A model generated the notes under the pieces. The model worked only from the letters and a program-made list of their open reading frames with translations. It was not told the DNA's origin and ran no database searches. From assembly GCF_964355755.1 (NCBI RefSeq), contig NC_092679.1, forward strand, positions 13,437,432 to 13,501,431: 64,000 nt of DNA, in the 5' to 3' direction. This document shows positions 49,783 to 63,093 of the stretch, piece after piece. The position numbers and the translations under genes were made by a program. Source of the DNA: Antedon mediterranea. Its lineage: Eukaryota > Animalia > Echinodermata. Each line of letters opens with the position of its first letter. Positions within the stretch are counted from its first letter, which is position 1.

Positions 49783-51555
49783 CTATCTACGTGAACTGTA
49801 AGATGAACTTGAAGATCCAAAATATGAAAATAATCTAACAATAGCAGTAATCCACCACGGAACGCCTCCCGCCTGCTCGCTTCTTGCTTGATCGTGACAC
49901 CAACGAGCAAAATGCTCACAGTTGTTGGTCACCACATCGTACGGTCTGACTCTAAATGAAATTCCCTCTGCACCTTTCGCACGTTCTATAACATCTTGGC
50001 GTATCACATAATGAGGGCAAGATACACATTCCGAATTGTTACCACCAGCGAACTCCTGCAGTGTCACACGATGTACCTCGTTTTCAAGCATTAGGTGCAT
50101 AACTTCACCGTTACCAATGTAGACTCCTGAAATCAAATTTAATTCAAACCTTTGTTTTATTTGTTGAAGATAACAGCCATAAACAATAAAGTCATAAACA
50201 AATAGGAACATCACATTTTAGAACTGAACTTTCGGTTAAAATAAATAAAACGTCTTGGAAATCATCAACATCAGATAGACATAAACAATGTAGCAGAATA
50301 GAATTTGTAGTACGATCCATTTAACCTTTTTTGTATAAAAAAAAGTAATGATCAAAACACAGCAAGCATTGTTTTTACCAAATATTTAATACAAATAATG
50401 AATGTTTATGATAGCCCTTTCACACCAAAACTCCGTAGTGTCTCCGGAGTTTTGCTTTTGGTGTGAAAGGGGTATTAGTTAGATAACTCGCTCTTGCTTG
50501 GTGCCCGCGAAGTTGATCTTAAACGAATACAGCAATTGCAGAACAAGGCGGCGCGACTGGTCTTTGCGTGTGGACGGGATCAACTCCCGGGATGATTTAT
50601 TGAAAGATTTCCATTGGCTTCATATAAAAAAAAAAAAGAATTTTGTACAAAGTTATTGTTTTTGTTTATAAATGTATTTACTCTGTTGTTCCTTTGTCCA
50701 TTTTTTAGTTAATTAAGTTTAACCGTGACCAGCTTTCATTTAATTTGCATATGCCGATTCGCTCCTCTGATGATCCCACCCGACTTTTCGTTCCACGATG
50801 TAATCGGAAAGCTGGTGACAATGCGTTTTCTGTCACCGCTTCGCGGATCTGGAACGCACTACCTGTCGATTTGAGAGGAGCGAATTCGGCACCTCTATTT
50901 AAACGTCAACTTAAAACTTGTCTTTGTTCTTTGTAGGAAACCAAAAAACTTGTATAGAATAGAATAGAATCAAGGACAATGTTGTTAGATTGCCTTACTT
51001 GGATGGTGAGAATACCGTGAGTTGAAAAATTGACTGCTCAAGCAGAGTTGAAAATTAAAGCAGTCAATTTTTCAACGAATGAATATTCTCTCCATTCAAC
51101 GAATACAAAACATTCATTTATTTATAACACAACTACTCTTTTATTCAATTTACACCATGTATATAGGCCTATGGTAAATCATTGAGGAATATTAGGCCGA
51201 GAAGCTTGGTCATTAAAATGGTGAATAGGCAGTGCTGGCTCCAACTTTAGACGCGGAGCAGAACAGTTATATTACAACAAGTTGATTTCCGACCACGATC
51301 AGTCAACGTCACGTGGCAAACATTCTCAAAATGTTTACAGAAAGATGAAAGTGCATTATAGCACTCCAGTTCACTTTTATATCACCATTAGATATCACTT
51401 TTTCGTTATATAGGCCTAGGTTAATTCCTAATGACACGTGATGCAATCAAATTCCAATTGAGAATACAAGTTGCGTTATAAATGTTTTTAAAATTACCCC
51501 AATGAGTGCAGCCAATTTGATCCCGCACCTTGATAAGGTCACCTGCTTGAAACAT
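49783..51555 (-). CDS. LRAT-domain phospholipase A/acyltransferase (PLAAT/HRASLS family), about 133 aa
   Basis: Coding exons 51555-51498 (MFQAGDLIKVRDQIGCTHW, G|gtaat) and 50126-49783 (tttcag|GVYIGNGEVMHL...PYDVVTNNCEHFARWC...). GDLI, HWGVYIG, second His and NCEHF motifs are present. The start codon is inferred. Probable 5' UTR exons lie near 51660-51749 and 51943 onward. AATAAA on the minus strand at 49577-49572. Confidence 0.85.
50414..50474. mobile_element. Tiny MITE or hairpin
   Basis: CCCTTTCACACCAAAA ... TTTTGGTGTGAAAGGG inverted repeat. Confidence 0.55.
50480..50970 (+). mobile_element. Decayed L2-type LINE 3' fragment in the PLAAT intron
   Basis: LKRIQQLQNKAARLVF and GDNAFSVTASRIWNALP...FKRQLKT are typical L2 ORF2 C-terminal motifs. 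(AGAAT)n follows. Confidence 0.75.
50999..51098. repeat. Inverted repeat, probable MITE remnant
   Basis: TTGGATGGTGAGAATA..GTTGAAAAATTGACTGCT pairs with AGCAGTCAATTTTTCAAC..TATTCTCTCCATTCAA. Confidence 0.55.
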
Positions 51556-52559
51556 TGATGAAAACGTATCGAAACTGTAAAAAAAAAACCATTCAATTTC
51601 TATATAAACGTTACAGTAACAGAATATTTGAAAATTATTGCCACTCTGGGGCAACTTACATGATACGTAGCCCTCGTCGCTGCTTTGATGTTTGGGTTTC
51701 CTCCTAGTGCTTTTACAGGATTTTGGCAATGGTAAGATTTTCTGGTGGTCTGGTTATGTTATGATGATAATGATATGATATGATATAGTAAAACAAACCT
51801 TTTGTAAATTTCGCCTGGTGCCCGATTAATTACCTCAGCAGCTGGTGTACAATATGCATCATATCAAAGGCGTATCTAGAATTTATAGCAATACAAAAAA
51901 CATTTTTCGAAACTGGCAAAAAAAAAGAAAAGAGCTTTCTTACCTTAATCGTGAATCTCTCTCAAGCCTACGGTAAACCCGTTGATTTTGAGATCAAAAC
52001 AAATGTGGACACTTTATATATGTATAATGGCAGAATCCAAAGACCATAAATAAAGCCTTTAGTGGTGTAAACCCAGATGTGGATTTTGGGACAATTTGAG
52101 AGAAAGATACAGTGGGAACAACTACAACAACTATGGAAATCTGTTCCGTTTGATGACGTGGGTTGAGTAATTAGAGATGGTGGATACGAATGCTTCTATA
52201 GACAACAATATATTCCGTTTCTATAGAACCATGGTTAAATTACATTAGGCCCTACATTAGGATGATTTAATTAATAAATTTAAAAAAAATATTCTATCAG
52301 AAATCGGATAAACCCAATATTTCGTTTACATTTCGCCACTAATTTCACTAACACATGTTATACAGTATTTATTCAATAAAACGTTTTTTCCTTTCAGTTC
52401 TAATTTAACAAGTGGTTTTTAAATTGTTTTATCGGAATCTAAACTAAGCTACTAGGCTGTGGATGGCCCATTCATTATATTTGAGCGTCCCCTGCCCCTG
52501 GTGATCTCCGGGATCACACTGACCCGACGGAAAAGTCCTACGGCGTCAGGAACATTCTA

Positions 52560-53330
52560 ATTACAGAACAAATGCTGTTTAATAGTACATTACAGCATTT
52601 GTTCTTGTTACAAAAAAAAGGTAATAAGAATTATTTACAAATACTGTATGACTATTTGGCTCACACCAAACCAATATTTTATTCACTTAAAACACTTAAA
52701 TATATTTGATATAATCGAATAAAATACTGCTGTAACAATGTACAAATCCCATAAACTACAACTTCCTCCTATAAGTCAACGGTATTTTAAATTAAACAGA
52801 GATGTCCAGAACTATAATACCAGACAGAAGGATAAATGTAATATTAAATTAAGGAAAACCTTAAAAGCAATGTGTTTATCAAATAAAGGAATTGTATTGT
52901 GGAATAAACTATCTAGTAATCTTAAAGAATCCACAAATGTATATGGATTTCGAAAACTATATACAAACTATTGAAAATTATACAAAATGAGTGTAAGTAA
53001 TTATAAATATTAAGAACTTGTAAATCTTTTCTTCTTCTATTAACAAACGTATGTTACCGGATTTTTTAAGTTTAAAAGCCAGCTGATGAATAACTGAATG
53101 AAATGTTGTATTTATTTGCATAGTATTTGTATTGAAGTGTTGTAATTTGTTGAAAAACCTTTGCAATTATTATTTAAGAGCTGATTTTCATATATTTAAT
53201 GAAATTTATATTTAAATGGGGTTATTTCTTTTATAAGCTTTTGCTTCTTGAATTTTCCCCTTTTCTTTGTTTAAATGTCATATTGAAATTTAATTCTTCT
53301 CTCAAAGAAAATAAAAGAATTTGTCATTGT
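52560..53330 (+). mobile_element. Decayed CR1/L2-group LINE 3' fragment
   Basis: LFLLQKKVIRII...AHTKPIF and YNTRQK...KGIVLWNKL...FRKLY remnants, followed by an AT-rich 3' UTR ending AATAAA. Confidence 0.65.
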
Positions 53331-53869
53331 CAGGATCACATCCTGGGTTAAGGGCAGCCAGATTATCTTAATTATTTTATCTAAATCTTTTAAATAATAT
53401 CGTAGCATTAAGTGTCAATTTAATGTTTATTGTATCGTTAACACTGCTCGTAAGTAATAATCTTCTCTACGATTATCATCGTAACCATATTTGTTATTAT
53501 AAAAGAGGCATAAAACAATTTGTCAATGGTCAAACCAAAGGTAATTGGTGACGATTTAAAACATTGAGATATCTATATATCTGTATAAATTTTATTCATT
53601 ATGGGCAATCGCAAACGCAATATCGCGAAACCACGTGTGCGTGTCTTGGCAAAAATATGCTCATATTAGTTGCTTTTAATCCAATTCTTGAACTTAGCGT
53701 CACGTCAACGTATTGAGTGTATTTACAAAACACTCGGTCACCTGAATTGGTTTACCATTTCAAATTCAATTTAATGGCACAATATATTCATGAAAGTAAT
53801 AATAACGGTGTATCAATGTGCAGGACAGCACTTAGTCGCATTGTTAATTTTCTTTAGTACATAATAAAA

Positions 53870-54402
53870 GTGCCAATGTAGAGTGTACAATCGGTAATGT
53901 CAAATATACCGATAATGTATAATATTCCGGTAATATCAATTTATCCATCTACCGTTAATTTCATTATTCCGGTAATCAATGTAGGCCTACAGTTGTACTG
54001 ATAATTTCAATACACCGGTAATGTCAATGTCAATGCAACGTCATGCTAATGTACCGGTAATTCCAATGTACCGGTGGCAATGTATACAGGTAATGTCAAT
54101 GTACCGATGTCTAATGTGGCGGTAACATCAATGTACCGGTAATTTCAATTTCAATGTACTGATAATATATCAATGCAGCGCCATGCTAATATAGCGGTAA
54201 TTTCAATGTACCGGTGGCAATGTATACAGGTAATGTCAATGTACCGATGTCTAATGTGGTGGTAACATCAAGGTACCGGTAATGCCAATGTACCGATAAT
54301 ATAGCAATGCACCGTCATGCTAATGTACCGGTAATTTCAATGTACCGGTAGCAATATATACAGGTAATATCAATGTACCGATGTAATGTGGTGGTAACAT
54401 CA
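53870..54402. repeat. Degenerate higher-order tandem repeat
   Basis: A basic caatgtaccggtaat(g/t)t motif is organised into larger units of roughly 130-140 bp (e.g. 54035-54140, 54172-54280, 54305-54402). Confidence 0.8.
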
Positions 54403-57400
54403 AACTAACATCATACTGTACCGTATGTCATAAATTTGATGTTCGAAAACTGGTGAATATTGTTACTGTAAATACGCGCCCTGAATGTAGATGGAGATTT
54501 CATGGATTTTCCATATATGGAAAAAATGTATTGACAAGACTTTATTATAACATACGAAACACGTTAGAATGTGTCGAATTTGTACGCAATATCGCATCTT
54601 CACAGGTAATTCGACTACATTCGAACATTCACTCTACCAGAGTGAATGAAAATCGCATAATCTCACCGAGAGATGTAAGTGCACCAACTTTCTATCGGTG
54701 GAAATATCTTTTTAAAAAGTAAGCCGTCTCTTGTAATAAAAGTTTTTTTTCTATCGAATTATTATCAAAAGTATTACATATTCACCAAGTCCTATATTCA
54801 TCGACCATAATCTATATCAATGAGTAATAGCACTTCAGAGTCAACATTCTGTAATGTTATCTATAACATAATAACACATGACTACATTATTGATTTTAGA
54901 ATAAATAACGATTTTAATAGGGGTTATGCAGTGTCGACATCCAGGTCTCAATACAAAGCAACGATCTTTAACATTAAACATTAATCACATGATACATTAT
55001 CATTATTACATGAGTATTTCAAGAATGACCTCGTAATGTTAGATACTTCACAAAACATTAAGCTTAAATATTTATTATCAGGCCTAAGTACACACAATTT
55101 CAACAAATACTATTGATACATGTTTCATATAAATCATTATGTATTTAATACAAATATAAGAATTTATTAATTAAAGATGTCAGTCTTTAAATCATAAAAC
55201 ATTAATTTGACAATAACCCACATCCTTCAACCACATTCAGTCTGATGATTTACAGTGCAGACATAATAATGAGACATGGCTTATATGAAACATACATAGA
55301 GTTGATAATATTTATTTTGTAATCCTCAAAGATTTGACAATAAACCCACAAGTATTCAATCATATGCCAGATAAAGAAAAATAAATACAGACATAATTGA
55401 CTCAATTTAACATGTTTAAATCTTAAAACATTGTCAATAATCCCACCAACCATGAATGAGATTAAGAAAACAAGTTTGATGATTTTTTATAGGCATTTTG
55501 ATCTTTTATCCCTACCTTGAAATGTTTTTCTATTGTCCTCATACAATTATGATTTTAACACTAACCAAACCCATTTCAGTGGACATTACTATTAAGCAGA
55601 CACTTTGTTGGGTCCCAAAGATGTCCCTTTAATAGGGGTTTTACTGTTAATTAAATTAATGAAAATATTTTTTTATATCATTTGTTAGTGCAGTGGAATC
55701 ACCTGCTAAGGTGACAGCTTTGGGACCCAGTAACGTGTCACCTTAATAAGGGTGTCAAAAAGGAATGGTTCTACTAGGAATGCCATGTATTGTGTCTATC
55801 TTAATCAATACCACAAACTCATTGCACATTATCTAGACAGATGTTGCTTAAATGTTTTTTTATATCTCAGTTAAAAAAATACTTGAAAAAAACTCCAATT
55901 TCTTCACCTTCATTAGCATTGGGCCATTAACCCATTTAAAAACATGATGTATTTTTAATTAATAAATATGTATATGTGACTATTTCCTTCCATGGAGAGA
56001 ATCGCAGACATAGGTTATGTTCAGGACAAAAGAAAATTCTCATAAGGGAATTAAAAGCTCTGTGAAGGTGAAAATTTGCAACAAAAGAAATTCTGAATAT
56101 AATTAGAAAATTCAGTATTATTTTATTATGAATAACAGATTGAAAAAGTATGAAGGATAATTGCTGATGTATACAATCCAGTATACAGCGTATATGTATA
56201 AGTAGTTTTTATTTACAATAACTCACAAACTTCATTTTAATTGACTGTCTTTTACAATCAGTACTGTCAATCTCTTCTTTTCTTATACCTTCTTCACTGC
56301 CCAACGAAAAACAATCAATCCCTATGAAAGATATTTTATAGCACACTTGAACACAAAACAAGTCTACTACAATATCAAGATACTTAATCGTCATTTCCTC
56401 GCCCTTCGGAATGGACATAAAAGCTGTTAGTATTTGAAAAGAGTATGGATGGTGATTATGGTTCTGTACTGGGCCATCTAGTAGAAAAGTCTTGTTCTGA
56501 AGAGGTCACCCAGTATAAAGAAGAAATAAATATTTATACAACAAACACTTTTCCTAGATTTAAAATAGTGTTTACTAAAGTTTTCATTTTAATCCTTAGA
56601 ATTTATTATTAATAAGATTTCAATATTGTCATTAACCAAGGAATTTTAGTCCGGGACTCAATTTAGCATTGTAGTCATGATTTTTGGCCAGATCTAGAGG
56701 TGGGAGCTAAGGGCATGCACTCCTCACTTTTGACAGCTAAAATGAATTACTGTTTGATATCTATTTTTGAAGGACTATTAATATCATATGTTAGAGTTCC
56801 CGTTTAAAAAAATCCTGGATCTGCCACAGCCCCTGAGGTTCAGTCATTATTCTACAAGAAATGTAAATGGCTGATTGGTATTAAGGCCTAATAGACAGAA
56901 GAGCCATAATCACTACTGAGTTGCTTCATGATTCTGGTGATAGAAGTCTTCTCAGATAAAGGACTTTGAACTGTAGACTCAGTGTATTTCATTCACTTGT
57001 GTGCTCTAGGAAAAGATTTATTTTCTAGCTGGGTATAATTTTCTAAGAATTATTTGCATATTACGATAATGTTGGTCATGGGTGTCGTAAAATCGAAAGC
57101 TCCTTATTACAGAACCCATTAACTGTTACATTAGGAGAAAGACAATCAGATTAAATAGCCTATTCAACATGGCCCTGCTTTTTTCATTTTTCATCAAGTC
57201 TTATGTATTCTATTTTAAGGCAAATTTATACTAGGACGATAACGATTGACTTGATAAGTAGAAAAATATGTATTTTTTATACAGAAAACAAACAAAATCA
57301 AAAAAGTTTTCAACCTATAAGTATAGGATAGCCATTTCTGTTGTCTTTGATGAAAATAATATTGTTAAAATGCAATATAGAATTCATGATCTATAAGAAC

Positions 57401-58850
57401 AATAAAATCATTGTAGTCACAATTGTTTGTATTGCTCTTACTAATCATGACATCATCTGATTGGACTTTATCTTAGCACATTATCCAACAACATTAAAAC
57501 TTGGTATTAAGATTGTGTTCTTGGCAAAACTGGTGTACTGATAAAAACTCCATCCACACCATGGTAGTCATCTAACCATGGGTAGTCTAAAACTGGAAAT
57601 CTCTGGAACGAAACAAGAGGTTCTGTATAATAGGCTGGAATTCTATAAAACAAGTCAAATTAAAATTTAACATTTTAATTTATACCAAATTCATTATACC
57701 AAATTTGCATGCAATGTGTGAAATATTTAATTGGTATATGTGGTAACTGTGCATTTGAGAATACATGTTAATAAGATGAATTTTGCAGTAATTAAGCTCT
57801 GTCTACTGTATACTATCAAACTAGTTTGTATAGAAACAAAAAAAGTGTAATGTACCCAAATATGGTAGTGATATACCCAAATATAGTAGTTATCTGACAT
57901 CATCATGTCCATATATGAACACATCACATTTTTTTGTCACATAAAGTTTAAAATAAAGTAGACAGAGCTTTAGTTCTAGTAAGCACCTCTCAAAATATTG
58001 GTGCAGAATTATGGTTATAATTTCCACCTTTCATCACAACTCAAGGCCGTTATTAGGACATAAGTATGTAGCAACAAAGCTAAGCTTAGTCCTACAGTAT
58101 AATATTTTCGATTAACATCACATCAAGTCATGTTTTGTGAAAATATACGAATAGAAAAGAATGAAAACAAAGACGAAAGATGAACTTCAATTTTGAATGA
58201 AACATTTAATCTATTTCTTATGGCCTTAGGAAAGTTATAACTAATAGCAGATAAACAATTTGGTTGCTTTGGCTAATTCATGATGATGATGATGAAGAGA
58301 TTTGCTGAGTAACAAAATCAATTCAGTTTTAATACATGAGCTTTTTACATAATTGGAGGGGAATAGCTTTTAGTTCTACTTATGATATGACTCTTTATAA
58401 AAGAGAACAATTTATATTTATCTACTATAATTATGATGTACTGTTTAAAAGTATTGTAGATGATTAATTTCAGATGGGATGAGTGTTTAGTTTAATTGCT
58501 TAAAAGGTTTTATGCTTGATCTTACTCTTTTTTTAAATAGTAGTTTCCCATTCTAAACTTTTAAAATACGAAAATGGAATAATATAAAGAAAATGTTATA
58601 CCATTTACGGAATCCTATCATATCATACATCAATATGATATTAACAACCGACCTATTTTCTTTTAAAAAGCATTTTTTACAAATAAAAAGTAAAAGTATA
58701 CTTGCTTTGTTTTTGTTTGGTTATATTAATTTATAAGTGAAATCATTGTTTTGCTTTTATGGAAGTGAATAAATAATAATCTGATTTATATTTTTCATGT
58801 TTTGTAGACAATACATAAATTAGCACTATACCTCATAGTTGGTGATTTAT

Positions 58851-61800
58851 TCAGTCATCATCTCCAACTGTGGTTTCTAAAAGTTCTATAAGCTCTTCCA
58901 TTTGAGGAGTCATTGTTGCTATGGACACACTACCAGTACTTAAGCTGCGTACATGGCCTTCTGCACCTTCTGGTCTGGTACACTATAAAAACAATTACTG
59001 TACAATTACTAATACGGTAAAACGGGCAAGTTTCTTTTTGATATAGGCTTCTTTTTGAGATGGGCTTCTTTTCGAAATGAATGGTGTAAATTGAGAGTTG
59101 CTACTACAATAATAATAATAATAATAAACAGTATTTATATAGCGCCTAATGGATCACTGACCCCTCTAGGTGCTTTACATAGGACCTTAACTAATGGTAA
59201 TAAACTATCCCCCGCCGGACACCATTCCGGTATTTCTTAGTCGAGGTTTCGGGGATGGAGACAATCAATAATGTGAAAAAAAAAAAAATGTAACTAAGCT
59301 TAACTATGCTTATAACTAAGGTAAAACTATCCCCCGCCGGACACCATCCCGGTATTTCTGAGTCAAGGTTTCGGGGCCAGAATTAAGAATAGAGAGTAAA
59401 TGAAGCATGCACAACTTAAGCTAGGGTTAAACTATCCCCCGCCGGACACCATCCCGGGATTTCTGAGTCAAGGTTTCAGGGAAGGAATAAATGAATGAAT
59501 GAATAAGTTAATTAATACCGGATGAGAACAGATGGGCTTTCATAATATGATTATTAGACATTCCCTGCCAACTTTACATATTTTCCAGCAAAACAGACAA
59601 GAAGAAGATACAAAATGGAACTTGAAAAACAGTGAACTGTAAAATAAATGAGGATTGAATGCTTAGGGTTGATCATTAATATATTAATATAAATAACTGG
59701 ATCATACAAATTTCTATTTATTTGAAGTTCCATAAAATCTTTCTCGAAAAGAAACCCATACTATCTAATAAAGAAATTCATTGGGCTTTGATTTCGAGAT
59801 GGGTTCCAAGATTACTTTTGCAAAACAAAGAGTGAGCTTTTTTTATGTTTGACAGTATAATTAATTAATATTAATAATTGTCTTTTATATAGTGCTTAAC
59901 CAATTAAATTTTCTCTAAAGCGTTACGACCCAAGTCTCGAAACAAGGTAGAAATTACGTCATTTCATATGCTATGCAAAATAGATGGGTTTTCAGCAATA
60001 ATAAACAACAATAATTAAAAATGTATAATAACTTTAGTCATGTTTACTGATTGGAAATCGTGTACATTGTTCTTGGGTGCAACACAAACCCATAACCTCC
60101 AGAGCACTGTTGTGGTACTCATACCTCTAGACCACCAATTTGTACGATTGATGACTAGAGCCAGGCTTTGGGCACAAGTTTGCAACTGTGTTATTACTTG
60201 CATAAAAATACATAATTGAAGTAACCTTTAAAGAACCATAAACATTCTAAAAAGCCTATACTTTACAGAACATGGGCAAAAAAAAAGGCTGTCAGATTTT
60301 TGTCAGATTTATTTGTCAAAACACACATTCAGGAAAAAAACCTGTGGTTTTAAAGTTTGCTCAACTTGCCGTTAAATTAAGGATCCACACATACTCATGC
60401 ATCATAGGATTAGGAAACAATTCGTAGGATAAAAAATATGATACAGTATGAACTGAAAAGTTGATGAAGGAATTTCAGAGTTCAAAAGATTCATAACCGA
60501 CTGATCTTTTCGAGTTTAAAACAGTATGAACTAATAAAGGTAAATCAGAGTCATTTAAAAAAAATAGTTGCAATGAATAATAAGATAGCAATAAGCATTC
60601 TAAAAATCATACATTTTTTAATATATTTTACGGTCTGCTAAGAAGTAATTTGGCTGAGTACATTTTTCAATTTTGATTTCCACAGAGTATGTGTTGATTA
60701 GACGCCAATAACATGCTTTTTTGCTGTTGCTCAAAGAATCACAAGGGAAATTTGCACAGATAGATGAAAGACACAGACTTGTTTGTTTCTCGTTTATTAC
60801 AATAAAGTATTTTATCATAATTATGGTAATTAGAATTTAAGACTTTCAGGTTTAATGCAGTTTGTTCATTACACTCTCAACATCACAAAACGTTTGATGA
60901 AAAAGTAAAATAAAAAACATTAATACTATTAAAAAATGATTGCTTTGGCTCATTTGGCACCGTATATTATTTCTTTAAACACTTCATGGCCGCAGTATGT
61001 CTATAGATTTGTTTACAGCATACAAAGTGAATATTTTATTTAATCTTTCTTTATTCTGAAATACACTTTAAATACAATGTACTGATTTCCAAAGTGGTTC
61101 AGTTCTTAACTACATAAATGTAAACAAAATACAGTATATAAATGGACAAAAGAAAATATAAAATTAAACCTAAATTGTCAAAATCAAATTAACACAATTA
61201 AAGTAAACACATTTAAAGGTAAAAACAGAAATAATTGAGATTTTTAAACAAGATAAAAGACGTTTAATCATTGAGCATTAATTAGATTTAGTTTTGAATT
61301 AAAATTAAAGTTTTGAAATTTGTGATTTGTAATGAAATTTTGAAATCACACAAAATAACCAATGAAAAGAATGGAGTTGACAACTTGGGGAACCAACATA
61401 GTTGCATAGGGTTTGAAAGGCCGTAGTGTTAAAACATATTGTCGTCATCCTATAGGTCATGACTGACCCTTTGTGACCTTCTTGATGACGTTGCTACAAC
61501 AATGCCGCTGGGTACAGTGGTACACTGTGCACATATCCATCTCAGTGATGTTCTTTATCCCAACGGATTCTTTGTCTAGACCATGCTTTCGATTGCCTTT
61601 TGAGTGACCTTGCATAATAATCTTCTCTATGTTTTCATCCTCTCTTCTCGCTATGTGCCCAAGGTATTGAAGTTTGTTCTTATCCTATCTGTTGGCACAA
61701 AGTGACATTAGTTCCAATTAGAGACTTGACGAATTCATTGGTCTTATGCTCCTTCCAGAATATTCTCAACATCTTCTGCCAGCAACACATCTCAAATGCT

Positions 61801-63093
61801 GCAACCTTTTTTCTATCTGCTGCTCTGGGTGAACAAGTCTCAGAACTATACCAATGCAAACCAGAAAAGAAAGAGAATTCATAATTTTGGTTTTTGTATT
61901 CCTAGAAATCCCTCGGTCCTTCCAAATACTTGTAAGGCCAATTGCTGATGATCTGGCTAAGTTAAGACTTCATTTTGTTTCAACAGAGCTACTGCCTTCC
62001 TCAACAACCATTGAGCCTAGGAAGTTGAAGTGATCGATAACCTTTATATCCTCACCGTCGACTTGAACTTGTTGGTCATTTCTTTTTGCACAAACCATCA
62101 CTTTTGTCTTGTTAACATTATGGAACTGTCCAGTATCCCTTTTAGGCTAATTTACACAGTCAAGCGGTAATGGTAAACTTGTATGTGTCTTGTTTGTTTG
62201 TTTTTTATTTGTTGCTTAATCACCAAAATTCAAAAATTCATATACAAATGACAAAATGAGAGCAAGATGATAACTCTAGCTCTAGGGCTTGTTTCCATAG
62301 GACCCCCCCCCCCACATATATGAAAAATCTTAATTAACAGGCTAATTGTAAATTAAAGTTGCATTTCAGAAGATGTTTTTCAATTGAATTTATGGTTTCC
62401 AACATCCTTTAAAGTTTTTCATTCCATATTTTTATTGCATCAAAGTAGATGTTTTGAAGAATATTTTTGAAGAATATAATTATTTAGAATATCTCGTGTG
62501 TTGTAATAATAATTGAATAAAATTAAATTTGTGTCCCACATAGAATCTCTATGCTGAGCGCATTTTCGCTCCATGTTTTGTGTAAATGGAAAAAAGAAAT
62601 AACATAGATCCTATATTTTTGGTTTCTGCTTTACAATTCACATTGTGTAAATTGGCCTTAATAGGGGTGTCCCAAAGGAGGGGTTGTAACAAGTAAATGC
62701 TCATATGATGTATTTTCTAGCAAGCAAGTATATTGGTTAAAAGTGGTGTTTTTTGGGCAATTTACAATTAACTGATGTTAGTAACAAAACAACTTATATA
62801 ACAGTTCTTTAAACGTTAAGTTCCTTAATCTTGATAACTTCATTGATATTTTATTTGAGAAGAAAAAATGCACATTCAAATAAAACTATGAAACATAGGG
62901 GAAGTTATAGATCGATAATTATTAGGATATAGATCAATAGTAATAATATCAATAAATAAGATATTCAAAATTGGGTTTATAGTCAAAACCATCTCAATTT
63001 TGATGCTATTAAAGGCAATTGCACAAAGCAGAAATTTACCCCCTTTTCTAAGGGCTTCTGAAGGCCATGCAGAAAAAATATCTTGGTTAGCAT
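58851..63093 (-). CDS. Unidentified spliced ORF (candidate 93-aa protein, or the 3' end of a larger gene)
   Basis: Putative exons 63093-63040 (|gtaaat), 60185-60090 (acacag| ... |gtttgt) and 58982-58851 (ttttatag| ... TGA) join in phase: MLTKIFFLHGLQKPLEKGLQTCAQSLALVINRTNWWSRGMSTTTVLWRLWCTRPEGAEGHVRSLSTGSVSIATMTPQMEELIELLETTVGDDD*. The segments are less AT-rich than their flanks. No family recognised. Confidence 0.5.
59108..59541 (-). mobile_element. L2-type LINE 3' end (ORF2 terminus, modular 3' UTR, (TTA)n tail)
   Basis: Minus strand reads KAHLFSSGIN* (like the L2 'LKTHLF' end), then (ATTC)n, three ~53-nt modules, the tail hairpin and (TAT)n. A second copy is at 39331-39663. Confidence 0.8.
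61440..62120 (-). mobile_element. Decayed RTE-clade LINE 3' fragment
   Basis: Minus-strand remnants VIDHFNFLGS, AAFEMCCWQKMLRI and LQYLGHIARRE...EKIIMQG are characteristic of the RTE ORF C-terminus. Confidence 0.8.
62145..62657. mobile_element. PIF/Harbinger-like MITE (same termini as 29240-29407) with extra internal sequence
   Basis: TTA|GGCTAATTTACAC ... GTGTAAATTGGCC|TTA. Confidence 0.6.

Noticed and set aside
51660-51749. Additional coding exon for the PLAAT gene (MPKSCKSTRRK... ORF)
   Set aside because: The donor phase does not match the next exon, and the matching frame contains TAA. Treated as probable 5' UTR.
59185-59482. CRISPR-like repeat-spacer appearance (also at 39331-39570)
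   Set aside because: The context is eukaryotic with no cas genes, and the array lies between an L2 ORF2 end and an L2 tail. It is reported as a LINE 3' UTR structure instead.
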